DNA of 64,000 nucleotides, taken from Parcubacteria group bacterium (GTDB taxonomy: Bacteria; Patescibacteriota; Minisyncoccia; Moranbacterales; UBA2206). Below, piece by piece: positions 48,399 through 59,500 of the stretch (the stretch's first letter is position 1; each line of letters begins with the position of its first letter). The notes under the pieces were generated by a model. That model saw only the letters and a program-made list of their open reading frames with translations, had not been told where the DNA came from and did not search any database. The position numbers and the translations under genes are program-made. Location: assembly GCA_041674205.1 (NCBI GenBank), contig JBAYWF010000006.1, positions 410 to 64,409 of the forward strand, written 5' to 3'.

Positions 48399-48629
48399 AT
48401 GTTAAAAATCATCAACATCAGCGAAATCATCATCGCCATCCTGCTCATCTTATCCATCCTGATGCAAAACCGCGGCGCCGGCCTATCATCAAGCTTCGGC
48501 GGGGATTTCGGAGGATACTACAGCAAAAGAGGCTTTGAAAAATTCTTAGTCGCCTTTTCTTCAGTGCTTGCCGCGATTTTCATCATCCTGGCGATCGCTA
48601 ATCTGATCGTAGTCAATAGAATCCCTTAA
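48399..48629 (+). CDS. secG: preprotein translocase subunit SecG
   Basis: 76 aa; two TM helices with LMQNRGAGLSSSFGG...RG motif typical of SecG. Confidence 0.8.
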   Translation: MLKIINISEIIIAILLILSILMQNRGAGLSSSFGGDFGGYYSKRGFEKFLVAFSSVLAAIFIILAIANLIVVNRIP

Positions 48630-48686
48630 TCAGTAACATAAACATATAAGTAACAACCGCGGAAACCGCTGGCCTTCGTTCACGCA

Positions 48687-50352
48687 ATGGCCAAAAATAG
48701 TCCGAGTACTCAATCTGAAAGAAAAAGTCCTTTTTTATTCCCTTTTTTTCATCCTCATCGGTTCGGCAATCAGCTGGGGAGGCATCTATTATTATTCGAA
48801 AACTGAAGCTGTCGCAAACTACGGCGGGGAATATATCGAAGGGATAGTAGGCCAGCCGATGCATATCAACCCGGTCATTTCCGCGTCCAATGACACCGAC
48901 GACGATTTGGCACAAATGATTTTCAGCAGCTTGTTCAAATATGACGATCAAGGCAATCTGACCAATGATTTGATTGACAGCTATGAAGTTTCCGACGATA
49001 AGACCCAATACGCGATCCACATCAAGAAAGGCGTATTTTGGCACGATGGACAGCCGCTAACAGCTTCAGACATATTATTCACCATAAACCTCATCTCCGA
49101 TCCGGCCTACAAAAGTCCGCTGCGCTCGAATTGGCAAGGCATCGAAACGGATATCACTGATGATTATTCCCTGGAATTCAAAATAAAGACACCCTATGTC
49201 GGCTTTTTAAACAATCTGACATTCGGTATTTTGCCGAAACATATTTGGGAATCGATCGGGCCTGACAAATTTTCCTTGACTGACCTGAATCTTGAGCCGA
49301 TCGGCAGCGGTCCCTACAAATACGGCTCCTTCCAAAAAGATTCGAGAGGCAATATCCTTTCCTATAAACTGGTTGCCAACCCGAATTATTTCGCAGGCAA
49401 ACCCTATATCTCAAAAATAACCTTCGACTTCTATCCCGATGACGAATCCATCATCGCCGCTTACAATACCAAAGAGATTATGGGTATCAGCAATACTTCC
49501 CCGAAAAAACTTTCTGCCATAAAATTACAACAAAGCACCGCGACCCATAAATTCAATATCCCGAGATATTTCGCGGTCTTTTTCAACCAATCCAAAAGCG
49601 TACCTGTGGCTACCGATGAGGTGCGTGAAGCTCTGGCCTATGCCACCGACCGCCAAGAGATAATTGATGCTGTCCTGGATGGCAACGGCAATCCGGTTTA
49701 TTCCCCTATCCTGCCCGGGATGGTCGGCTACGATGAAAATATGGACAAAAGGAATTTCGATTTAGATAGGGCCAACCAGCTGTTGGACTCCAACGATTGG
49801 CAGCGCGGCGAAGACGGTATTCGCGCCAAAAATGACGTGCGATTGGAAATCAACCTGATCACTACCGATTGGCCGGAATTATCCCAGACAGCCGAAATTT
49901 TGAAAAACCAATGGGGCAAAATCGGCGTTATGGTCAACATCAACAACCTATCAGTTTCCGATATCCAACAGAATTATATCCGGCCACGGGAATATGACGC
50001 GCTTTTGTTTGGCCAAGTCCTGGGCGCCGATCCCGATCCGTATTCCTTCTGGCATTCTTCTCAAAAAAGGGATCCGGGCCTGAACCTGTCGCTTTTCGGA
50101 GATTCCGAAACCGACAAATTGATCGAGGAAGGGAGGATAGAATTCGATTCAGGCAAAAGGGCTTCCATCTATGCCGATTTCCAGAAAAAATTGAACGATG
50201 AAATCCCCGCTATCTTCCTCTACAGCCCGGACTATGTCTATCCGGTCAATAAAAAAGTCCAAGGCATCGGCGTTACGAATCTCATCCTGCCAAGCGAACG
50301 TTTTGCCGGCATAGACAAGTGGTACATCGCGACTAAGCGGATCTGGAAATGA
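48687..50352 (+). CDS. peptide/nickel ABC transporter substrate-binding protein (SBP family 5, OppA/DppA-like); 5' end carries an apparent 1-nt frameshift
   Basis: The long ORF (frame of 48859) shows an SBP_bac_5 signature from YGGEYIEGIVGQPMHINP onward and continues upstream without an ATG through a signal-anchor (VLFYSLFFILIGSAISWGG). The only upstream ATG (48687) is in the +1 frame, separated by an A5 homopolymer at 48693-48697. Confidence 0.7.
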
Positions 50353-50414
50353 TATAGATTTTAAAAAAAGCTCTCCGTACGGAGAGCTTTTTTTATCGGT
50401 TGGGAAAATCACAT

Positions 50415-51329
50415 TTAATTGCCTGGCACTATGACATCGAACGGTTTATCTTTGCCATAAGCCTTCGGCCCGTAGTCATTGCAGTAGTTCGCGATATTTT
50501 CCTTGAAATACGGATGGTTATTCGCCTGGATCTTGCCCACCAGATAATAGGTCACACAGAGGATGGTTCCGAAACCGGCATTCCCAGGCAAATCGAGAGA
50601 CCAGCGGTGCTTCGGCTTTCCAAAATATCCGCTATCGCCGTTGATGCTTATAACCAGTTCTTCTTCGGATGGGATAACGAATTTCGCATGCCGCGCGTGC
50701 CCTTCGGAAAAAGCGCGCAAAGAAAGATGCGGACCGAACAATTCATTTTTCTTAATATCCAGCATCGGACAGATATTTAAAAATCTGTCCGGCAAAACAA
50801 AGGCGAAACTTTTATGGCTGGAAAAACCTTTCGGCAACCGCAATCCCTTGAGGATGCTCCTGATTTCTTTGGGATCTTCCTTGGTCGCTGACAATACCAT
50901 TCCGAGATAGGTCGAAACATTATAGGTGTACGGTTCATCGATTTTTCTATAAACAAGCACTTCGTCCGCGATTTTAGCCGCGGATGATCCGGCATCGCAA
51001 GTCAGCAAGGTCGTTTTCAGTTTATGCTTTTTTGCCAAAGCCACCTCCCAAACCGAATCTTTTTCCCCTGAGGCGGAAATGATGATCGCTTGGGTTATCA
51101 GGCCCTTTTTGATAACCGCGCCGTAGGATTTGATAGTGCTTTTAAAATTGCTCTCATCGGCAAAAATAGCCGCCTTATCGGAAAAAATTATCGTGCCGGC
51201 GTTATATGCATTTCCACTGCCGACCACGAAGGGCAGATTGAATTTTTTCAAGTCGAACTTAGGCACTTTGTTTTCCGCAAAAAAATCCAACGCCCGGATG
51301 ACATTCTCGTCAAGATTGATAAGTTCCAT
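50415..51329 (-). CDS. hypothetical protein, possible SIS-domain sugar-phosphate isomerase (PGI/PMI-like); divergent from manC
   Basis: 304 aa; Gly-rich VVGSGNAYNAG segment; context next to mannose-1-phosphate guanylyltransferase; weak assignment. Confidence 0.3.
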   Translation of the reverse strand: MELINLDENVIRALDFFAENKVPKFDLKKFNLPFVVGSGNAYNAGTIIFSDKAAIFADESNFKSTIKSYGAVIKKGLITQAIIISASGEKDSVWEVALAKKHKLKTTLLTCDAGSSAAKIADEVLVYRKIDEPYTYNVSTYLGMVLSATKEDPKEIRSILKGLRLPKGFSSHKSFAFVLPDRFLNICPMLDIKKNELFGPHLSLRAFSEGHARHAKFVIPSEEELVISINGDSGYFGKPKHRWSLDLPGNAGFGTILCVTYYLVGKIQANNHPYFKENIANYCNDYGPKAYGKDKPFDVIVPGN

Positions 51330-51457
51330 TTGATTCCAAATAATGATTATGGCTTTATCTTAACATATTTCCCGAAACCGGCAAAAAAACCATTTGACCC
51401 GGCCACCCATTTCCCATAAAATACTAGAGTAGGTCTTATCATTAAAAAAACACGACT

Positions 51458-52843
51458 ATGTACAGCGTAATTCTCTGCGGCGGTTCAGGCACCCGGCTTT
51501 GGCCCCTTTCCCGCAAAAGCTTCCCTAAACAATTTTTGAGCCTATATTCCGACAAGTCCCTTATCCAGGAAACTTTTTTGCGCATAAGGAAAATTATGCC
51601 AGCCGAAAATATCTATTTCATAACCAATCAAACTAACTATTTCAATGTTTTTGATCAAATCGAAGAAATTTTTCCTGGACTAAAAAAAGAACAGGTCATA
51701 ATTGAACCGACTGCGCTCAACACTGCTCCAGCCATCGCTCTAGCGCTAAAATACATGGCAGAAAAAATGAACATACCGCAGGATGCGCCTACTATTATCC
51801 TACCTTCTGATCATTATATCGGAGATACTGAAGCCTTTATTAAAGTTGCCAAAAACGCCATGGAAAAAGTTGCTGATAATATTGGAACTTTAGGCATTAC
51901 TCCAACAGCCCCTGAAACTGGTTACGGCTACATCCGCAAAGGCGAGAAAACTGATTCACGCTATAAAGTTCTACAATTCAAAGAAAAGCCTGATAAAAAA
52001 ACAGCTGAACAATATATACTAACTGGTGAATATGTTTGGAATAGCGGCATGTATATCTTTAATGAAAAAACTTTTGCAGAGGAACTGCAAAAATATGCGC
52101 CGGAGATATATGTTTCTTATGCCAAGGGATTGACGGAATTCGAGCAAAATTTCAAAAACCTTCCATCTATCTCAATTGACTATGCCATATCAGAAAAGTC
52201 CGACAAGGTTGTAACATTCGAGGGTGATTTTGGCTGGAGCGATATCGGATCATTTGACATCCTTTCAAATATAATACAACAGAAGAATATTGATCAAAAA
52301 AACCATGTTTTGATTGATTCCAAAAATATTTTTATCCATTCCGTCACTGATAAATTAGTCGCTGTTTCCGATGTGGAAGATTTGATTATCGTGGAAAATG
52401 ATGATTGCATTCTGGTCCAGAAAAAGGGCAAGAGTGAAAATGTAAAAAAAATAGTGAACTATTTAAAAGAACACGACCGCAAAGAAGTCGACCACAACAT
52501 CATGGGTTACCGTCCATGGGGCAAATACAAAGTCCTGGTCGATGATGCCAACCACAAGGTCAAAAAACTGATCGTCTATCCGGGTGCCACCCTTTCCTTG
52601 CAATCCCACAACCGCAGGAGCGAACACTGGGTCGTAGTCCGCGGAACAGCCCGAGTGATAAACGGCGACCAGGAAATAGACCTCCAAGAAAATGAAAGCA
52701 CCTATATCCCGGCCACCCACAAACATCGCCTTTCCAACCCAGGCAAAACGGATTTGGAAATCATAGAAGTACAAACCGGGGACTATTTCGAAGAGGATGA
52801 CATTATCCGCTACGATGATATCTACAATCGCATTAAGCGATAA
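51458..52843 (+). CDS. manC: mannose-1-phosphate guanylyltransferase / mannose-6-phosphate isomerase (ManC/CpsB type, NTP-transferase plus cupin)
   Basis: 461 aa; N-terminal MYSVILCGGSGTRLWPLSRKSFPKQFL; C-terminal cupin with HNRRSEHWVVVRGTARV. Confidence 0.85.
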   Translation: MYSVILCGGSGTRLWPLSRKSFPKQFLSLYSDKSLIQETFLRIRKIMPAENIYFITNQTNYFNVFDQIEEIFPGLKKEQVIIEPTALNTAPAIALALKYMAEKMNIPQDAPTIILPSDHYIGDTEAFIKVAKNAMEKVADNIGTLGITPTAPETGYGYIRKGEKTDSRYKVLQFKEKPDKKTAEQYILTGEYVWNSGMYIFNEKTFAEELQKYAPEIYVSYAKGLTEFEQNFKNLPSISIDYAISEKSDKVVTFEGDFGWSDIGSFDILSNIIQQKNIDQKNHVLIDSKNIFIHSVTDKLVAVSDVEDLIIVENDDCILVQKKGKSENVKKIVNYLKEHDRKEVDHNIMGYRPWGKYKVLVDDANHKVKKLIVYPGATLSLQSHNRRSEHWVVVRGTARVINGDQEIDLQENESTYIPATHKHRLSNPGKTDLEIIEVQTGDYFEEDDIIRYDDIYNRIKR

Positions 52844-53250
52844 AACTGGAATTTTTCAGACTGATTTAAGCTTTATTCAAGCCAAAAATTTTTATATTGC
52901 CTTGAAACCGGCTTGCTAGGGTTGACTTTTTCCCCCAAATAGTGTACCATCAATCCATAACATACTTCTTGATCAATTTATCCTTCTAACTTTTTCTAGA
53001 TTTATCAGTTCAATTTCGGCTTTTTTGCCTTTTTATTAAGGCGCCCTCTTATCCATTTTCACACCATCCGCCTATCCACCCAATCATCCAGCCGATTATC
53101 GATCTTATCATCCCGGGATTTTCTACTGCAAGTTATATTTTTTCCAGTTATGAAAATCATGGGTGATAAGACCGATAACGCATTAATTTTAAAAAACCAA
53201 TAAATTTGTTTATTTTGTAATCATAAGTTACAGACAGATTTAAAAAAATC

Positions 53251-55158
53251 ATGTTTAACAAAACAAACCCACCTGTCCATCCGGCAGGCGGATCACCAAG
53301 CAGACAGGCTAAGCCGCAACGCCACGCCCGAAGTTTGGCACGTCCGGCATATGCCAAAACCGAAGCGAAACCGCTTCCAGCTACGGATCCGAACGCCCCG
53401 CTAAAAAACCGCGGCAGGTCCCGGATGGACCACTCGCAAATACAAATGAAACCGGCCATTGTCCAGGCCAAGCCGGGCAGCCAATCTAAAGATAATCTGC
53501 GCATCATTCCATTGGGCGGCCAAGAAGAAGTCGGACGCAATATGACGCTCTTCGAATATGATGGAGATATCGTAATCTTGGATATGGGAATGATGTTCCC
53601 GGAAGAAGATATGCCCGGTATCGACTACATCATACCGAATATAAGCTATTTGAAAGGCAAAGAAAAACAGATACGCGGCGTAATCCTCAGCCATGGACAT
53701 CTCGACCATATCGGAGCCGCTCCCCTTCTACTCAAGCAGCTTGGATACCCGGCAGTTATCGGACGAGATATGACCATCGCTTTGGTCAAGAAAAAGATGG
53801 AAGATTTTGAGAAAGGCTCTGCCGAAAATTTGAAAGTGATGCGGGTCAACTCCGTGACTGACAAAATAACTTTGGGTAAATTCAGAATTGAATTTTTTGA
53901 AGTTGAACACTCCATTATGGATGCTGTCGGGGTCATCATCCGGACTCCCCACGGTACGGTAATCCATCCCGGCGACTGGACGATGGAAAAGGACTCTTCC
54001 GGAAAATCACTGGTCACTTACACAGAATTGGCCAAATTACCTAGTCCGAGAATCCTGATGTTGGAAAGTCTGGGAGCAATCAATACCAATCCAAGCCGCA
54101 CGACGGAAGAAGAAATGTACGCCAATCTGGAAAGATTGATCGATGAAGCACCAGGAAAAATTATTATCGGGATGTTTTCTTCACAAATCAACCGGATAGG
54201 ACATATCCTGGAATATGCCGAGCAAATCGGCAAAAAAGTAGCCTTGGACGGCTATAGTATGAAGATGAACGTCGAAATCGCCAAAGAATTAGGCTATATC
54301 AAGATGCACAAAGCGACTCTGATTCCCGTCGCGGACATCAGCAAGTTCCCGCAAAATAAAGTCATCATAATCTGCACCGGCGCCCAAGGGGAAGGCAACG
54401 CCGTGCTTTCACGGATAGTCAATGGCGAACACCGCCATATCCAGATCCAAAAGGATGATACGATCATATTCTCCTCATCCGTAGTCCCCGGCAATGAACG
54501 GACGGTTCAAAGATTGAAGGACAACCTCTATCGCAAATGTGACAACGTGATCCACACTGACATATTGGACGTGCACATCAGCGGCCATTGCAGCGCCAAC
54601 GATATCCAAGACATATTACGGCAAATCCAGCCTGATTTTTTCCTCCCAGTTTATGGCAACCACTATATGCTCAAAGAGGCTGAGAAATTAGCCCAGAGGA
54701 TAGGATTCAGGAAAGACCATATATTCGTTATGGATAATGGCAACATACTCGAAATCCAAAAAGACAAAGCCAAACTTCTGCCGAACAAAGTCGATACGAG
54801 CTATGTGATGGTCGACGGGCTTGGCGTCGGGGATATCGGCCAAGTGGTTTTGCGCGACCGCCAATTGTTGGCCCAAGACGGAATGTTCGTCATCACCGTC
54901 ATTATCGACAGCAAGACTAAGAAAATCATCGGAAAACCACAAGTCACTTCGCGCGGATTTATCTTTGTTAAAGAAAATTTCGATTTGGTGAACGCCACTA
55001 AAAAGAAAGTCGAAGAGATCGTCGAGAAAAAAACCTCGCCTGATACGGCTGTCAACTGGGATTATGTGAAAAACAATATCCGCGAAACCGTCGGATCATT
55101 CCTCTATTCAAAGACTCAAAGAAGACCGATGGTCTTGCCGGTCGTGATTGAGGTCTAG
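53251..55158 (+). CDS. rnj: ribonuclease J (metallo-beta-lactamase / beta-CASP) with about 75-aa basic Pro-rich N-terminal extension; true start uncertain
   Basis: IIPLGGQEEVGRNMTLFEYDGDIVILDMG; HGHLDHIGA motif; beta-CASP and C-terminal domain. Alternative starts at MDHSQIQ or MKPAIV are possible. Confidence 0.85.
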   Translation: MFNKTNPPVHPAGGSPSRQAKPQRHARSLARPAYAKTEAKPLPATDPNAPLKNRGRSRMDHSQIQMKPAIVQAKPGSQSKDNLRIIPLGGQEEVGRNMTLFEYDGDIVILDMGMMFPEEDMPGIDYIIPNISYLKGKEKQIRGVILSHGHLDHIGAAPLLLKQLGYPAVIGRDMTIALVKKKMEDFEKGSAENLKVMRVNSVTDKITLGKFRIEFFEVEHSIMDAVGVIIRTPHGTVIHPGDWTMEKDSSGKSLVTYTELAKLPSPRILMLESLGAINTNPSRTTEEEMYANLERLIDEAPGKIIIGMFSSQINRIGHILEYAEQIGKKVALDGYSMKMNVEIAKELGYIKMHKATLIPVADISKFPQNKVIIICTGAQGEGNAVLSRIVNGEHRHIQIQKDDTIIFSSSVVPGNERTVQRLKDNLYRKCDNVIHTDILDVHISGHCSANDIQDILRQIQPDFFLPVYGNHYMLKEAEKLAQRIGFRKDHIFVMDNGNILEIQKDKAKLLPNKVDTSYVMVDGLGVGDIGQVVLRDRQLLAQDGMFVITVIIDSKTKKIIGKPQVTSRGFIFVKENFDLVNATKKKVEEIVEKKTSPDTAVNWDYVKNNIRETVGSFLYSKTQRRPMVLPVVIEV

Positions 55159-55180
55159 CAGCTTGATTTAAAAAAAACAT

Positions 55181-55213
55181 AAAAAAAAGACTGTTCCTGG
55201 ACAGTCTTTTTTT
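55181..55213. terminator. bidirectional rho-independent terminator between convergent genes
   Basis: AAGACTGT-TCCTGG-ACAGTCTT flanked by A8 and T7. Confidence 0.8.
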
Positions 55214-55240
55214 ATATACAAAATATTTTGTACTCGATTA

Positions 55241-56395
55241 TCAATCCAGCTTAAATTCGCTTCCGCCGATAACTAAAATGTCCGCTTCCGGCTTCGTTTC
55301 TCCATCCGGAAAAATCCCGACTTCCCCGCCCAATGACCCAGCGATTTTTTTAGCCAAATCAGGATGGCTTCCGGAAACATCGATCACCAAAGTCTTGCTA
55401 TAATCTCCATTGGCATTGATCGCCTGAACGACTGAAACTCCCGGCATCGACGAAATCATCTCGCCGATTTTTTTCGCCAATCCTTTTATTTTCGAACCGT
55501 TATAAATCGCCACTTTTGCTGGAGATTCCACGGCCAACACTCCTTCCTCAGCCACCTGATTCTCATCCCCGCCGGCGGTTTGCGCGACCGGAGCCGTGTC
55601 TACCGTATTGGATTGATCACCCATTTCGGAGGTCGGTGAAAATTCGATTATCTTACCTATCGACGGACGATACAGGACGACTTTCTGATTCTCCTTATAA
55701 ATCAACACCCGGTCGCCGTTTTGCGCCTTATTGAAAAATTTCTGTGTCTTGATCTTATCGGCATCCGTCACCGTGGCGATTACCGGATCTTCTCCGATCG
55801 GCAGTTCGATAAGCCTCTCAACAGCCGACTTGGTCATCCGGACATCATCCTGTCCTGCGCCATCCGACAGCTGGGCCGCGCTATTTTCCCGCCCGGCTCC
55901 CGCCCCCAGATGTTTAGCATAAAAAAAGTAGGCGGCGGCACCTGCGCCGACTATGCAGATTCCGACAATGCCAATCCATATTAACCGCTTGGACTTCCTC
56001 GCCTTCATACGTCTCCTATAGGACGCCGGATCAGCCTTATCCACCCACTCCATCTCCTCCAACTTTTCAGATTTAGCCGGCCGGGCTGCTTTTTTCGATA
56101 CCGTTTTTTTCACTTCAACCACCGCCTTCTTTTTGCCAGCTTTCAGTGACGTTCCCGCAAGTCCGTCTTGTTTCTTTTTGTCCGCCGCATCTTGGCTGCC
56201 TTTCCTTGAAAAAATTTCTTGCTTCATATCCGCCACTGGCTTCTCTTGCGCGACGCTTCCAATCGCCGGTTCAATCGGTTGTTTCGCCGCCCCATCCTCC
56301 TGTTTTTTTCCTATGGATTTCCGGGCCGGTTTTTTTTTCGCGAACAATTTATCGATCGTTTCTATTTTTGATTTTTCTTTTTCAATTTTTTCCAT
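55241..56395 (-). CDS. membrane protein with C-terminal LytR_C (LytR/CpsA/Psr C-terminal) domain
   Basis: 384 aa; Lys-rich N-terminus; TM LIWIGIVGICIVGAGAAAYFFY; C-terminal VAIYNGSKIKGLAKKIGEMISSMPGVSVV...TLVIDVSGSHPDLAKKIAGSLGGEV...ADILVIGGSEF matches the LytR_C pattern. Confidence 0.6.
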   Translation of the reverse strand: MEKIEKEKSKIETIDKLFAKKKPARKSIGKKQEDGAAKQPIEPAIGSVAQEKPVADMKQEIFSRKGSQDAADKKKQDGLAGTSLKAGKKKAVVEVKKTVSKKAARPAKSEKLEEMEWVDKADPASYRRRMKARKSKRLIWIGIVGICIVGAGAAAYFFYAKHLGAGAGRENSAAQLSDGAGQDDVRMTKSAVERLIELPIGEDPVIATVTDADKIKTQKFFNKAQNGDRVLIYKENQKVVLYRPSIGKIIEFSPTSEMGDQSNTVDTAPVAQTAGGDENQVAEEGVLAVESPAKVAIYNGSKIKGLAKKIGEMISSMPGVSVVQAINANGDYSKTLVIDVSGSHPDLAKKIAGSLGGEVGIFPDGETKPEADILVIGGSEFKLD

Positions 56396-56475
56396 AACAC
56401 AAAGTTGATGAAAATTAATGTATGGATAAATCTTATCACAAATTTATTTTATGCACAACAAAAAAATTCCAAAAT

Positions 56476-56510
56476 AAAAAATCCCGCCAGGAAATCGGGA
56501 TTTTTTATTT
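56476..56510. terminator. bidirectional rho-independent terminator
   Basis: AAAAAATCCCG-(9-nt loop)-CGGGATTTTTT. Confidence 0.75.
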
Positions 56511-56538
56511 TCTTCTATCTAAATATCTTTTTGTCTTA

Positions 56539-59500
56539 TTATGGCATCGCCGCTACGGCTACGGTTCCATCGCCGATTATCGCCGTATCAGCTTCTGTTA
56601 TCTCCGCATTTTCCACGCTTAGGGCATCGTCTTCCGCCATTACTTGTCCGGAATCTCCGGATTTGATATCATCCGATTCTTCTGTCGCAACATATTCTTG
56701 TTTATCTTTCGAATCTTTATCCTTGCTGTCGCTAACGGATATTTTCGCATCCTTGACCGCCACCGCTTGCCAAGAAAAAGTGATTTCAGATATGGCTTTT
56801 TGGTCGATGCGGATTTCAAAACCATTTTCCGTAACATCGGTGATTATGAACCTGATGCCGCTTAACAGCAATAGATCCTCGGAGGCCTGACGCACTTCAT
56901 CGTTATCGATCTGTTGCAATGACAAACTGGCATTGACTACCGGCGCCTCGGCATATTCTTTTTCAAATTTTATTTTTACGCTGTCCTGGCCGTCATTTAT
57001 CACCGCGTATCCGGCCGTATCTTGGTTAAATATCGCCTGACCGGCAAATTCGACGTCTTTGCGGAAAATAGCTTTGTCCAAAAATTCGACAGCGGATTTG
57101 AATGACACCCGTTCACGGAATTCAACTATGCCGTTTATGATCAATTCGCCGGATTTAACACTCAAAGATTTGATCGTCTTTTGGATATCGGCAATTTTCT
57201 GACCCAAACTTTTGACTTCGTTCGTGTTGTCCTCCGCGGCGTCTTGCGCGCTTTGGATTCCGGTTTCCATAATTTCCAAACCTTCGATATGTTCAGCCTT
57301 GATAGTTTTCGCGATGATACTGTCCGCCACCACTTGCGGTGTCACCACTTCCAATCCAGCCACGAGCCTATCGCCCACGATTTCACTGACCGGCGCCGCA
57401 ATATCGATTTGCGCCTTGTCAAGCAAAAGTTTTTGCAAAAGATCCGTTCCGGATAACGCTTCATTTTCACTATCGGCAATTTGTGTTCCATTGAAATAGG
57501 CGTTTTTCACGAAAGTCAGTACCAGACCGACCGTATCGTCCGCATAACCGAAATCCTGCAAGGCTTGTCCGATTACCAGGCCAGCCTTAGTCGCCTTCAT
57601 CGCCACGCCCGGCACGGAAGATGCAGTCAAATAATCTCCAGCCACTACCCGTCCGTTTTCACTGGAAACCTTTACCGGGATGCGTCCCGCCAGCGCCACT
57701 GCGACCGCACGCCCCTGTCCGATTCCAATCGCGTCATCCAAAGTAATGCCCGGATTGGTCGAAATCACACCGATCACATTCTGATCATAAATTTTCTCTG
57801 ACTTTTTAATTCCCGCTGATATTTCCCCATTGATTGCCACGACATCGCCCGGTTCAATGGAATCATCCTGGGTATAATAATTTTCCGCCAAGTCAGCTCC
57901 CAATTCAGCCAATTCCACGATGACTTGATTAGGCGTATCGGTCGCCGTACCGGCCGAATCGGAACTGGTACATACGGTGTATTTGATCGTGCCAGTTGTA
58001 GCCGGGCTGTCGATGAACGTTCCGACGATTTGCCAAGGTTGCGAAGTAGAAGTCGTGAAATTGCCGATTATCGGCACTCCGACATTCGTGGCCGAAGCAC
58101 AAGAAGGATCGCTTCCATCGGTCGTCCGCACGATCCGCGCCGCCAAAATCGCGTCAGCATTGGTATTGGAAGTTTGTCCATAAACCTGCACGTGCACCAA
58201 GACCGTAGAGCTGGCGGAATCAGTCGCGATATTCGGCTTGGTCGCGTCATTGAAAACTTCCGTCGTATTCGAATCGGTCCAAGCCGCCGGCGTCGCATCA
58301 GTGAAAACCGCCGTATCAGGCAAGGAAGATGCGGCCGTAGAAATGCAATCTTTCCAAGAACCGTTTTCATAACATCTGAATTTACCTAAAGCGGTCGAAT
58401 AATACATCGCGCCGTCCGTGCCAGCCGGTTCCGCTGATCCGCTATCCAACACCAGCATATCCGGCGTCGCCGAAGCCGCCCCGCCGTCGCCGATTTGGAC
58501 ATTGCCGGTTCCGGTGCCGTTCACATTAACATTCAAGGCCGCCTGATTGCTGGTTATACCCGCGGCGTTATCGACGGCCAACGCGCCGCCGTTAATGACG
58601 ATTCCGCCGGAACCTACCGAGATACCGGTGGTCAAGCCGGTGCCGATGGAGATTCCGGTGCCGATATTGTTACCGATGTTGATTCCGGTAGAAATAGCTC
58701 CGGCTGTTTCCAAAATATTGATAGCATTCGTAACCGAACCCGCACCGGTCTGTTCGAAAAGCAAACCATTGGTCAAAACACCTGATGCGATCGAATTGAA
58801 AATCCGTTCCGCTGAAACTCCGGCCGTATCCTGGTTTTCTATTGTGAAAGAAGTCGGAGTCGCGACCTCGCCCAGCGTGAATGCGATGTTTTTGCCAGTA
58901 GTGGTCGTAATCGTATTACCCCCAGCTATATCATATGAACTTTGCAAAGTCGATGAACCTCCGGCTGCCCCGTCGATTTGCTCCCAAGTCGCCGCTCCAA
59001 CCACTACGCTGGTCGCGATATAAGCGGTCGATGTAGCCGTATTGACCCAAACCGTCCCGACAACATAACCGTCCGCAGCGTCCTCATTGGCCGTCGGATT
59101 TACCGCGGCGTTATGCTGGGTCACGCTCAGCTGTGTCGCCACACCGGCGTCAGCCACAGTCGCGGTCGTATTGATAAACGCATTCTTGCCGATAAAGTTG
59201 CGCTCGGCCGTGTTGGAAACGATATTGATTCCAGTGTCCCAAGCGTTACTGATTCCATTTATGGAGTTATTGGAAAAATTATTATCATCCGCGTTACCGG
59301 TAATCCTGATCGCCACTGTCACCAGATCGGAAGCTCCGTTGATGATATTGTTCGTGAACAAGTTGCGATGGAATCCGGTATTAGCCGCCGCTCCGATTAT
59401 AACGCCCGTCCCGAATCCCACTCCGCCGTTAGCCGAACCATCGACCGTATTGGAAGTGAAAGCTGAATCAGTCATTTGCTTCAAGCTGCCTGAATCCAAT

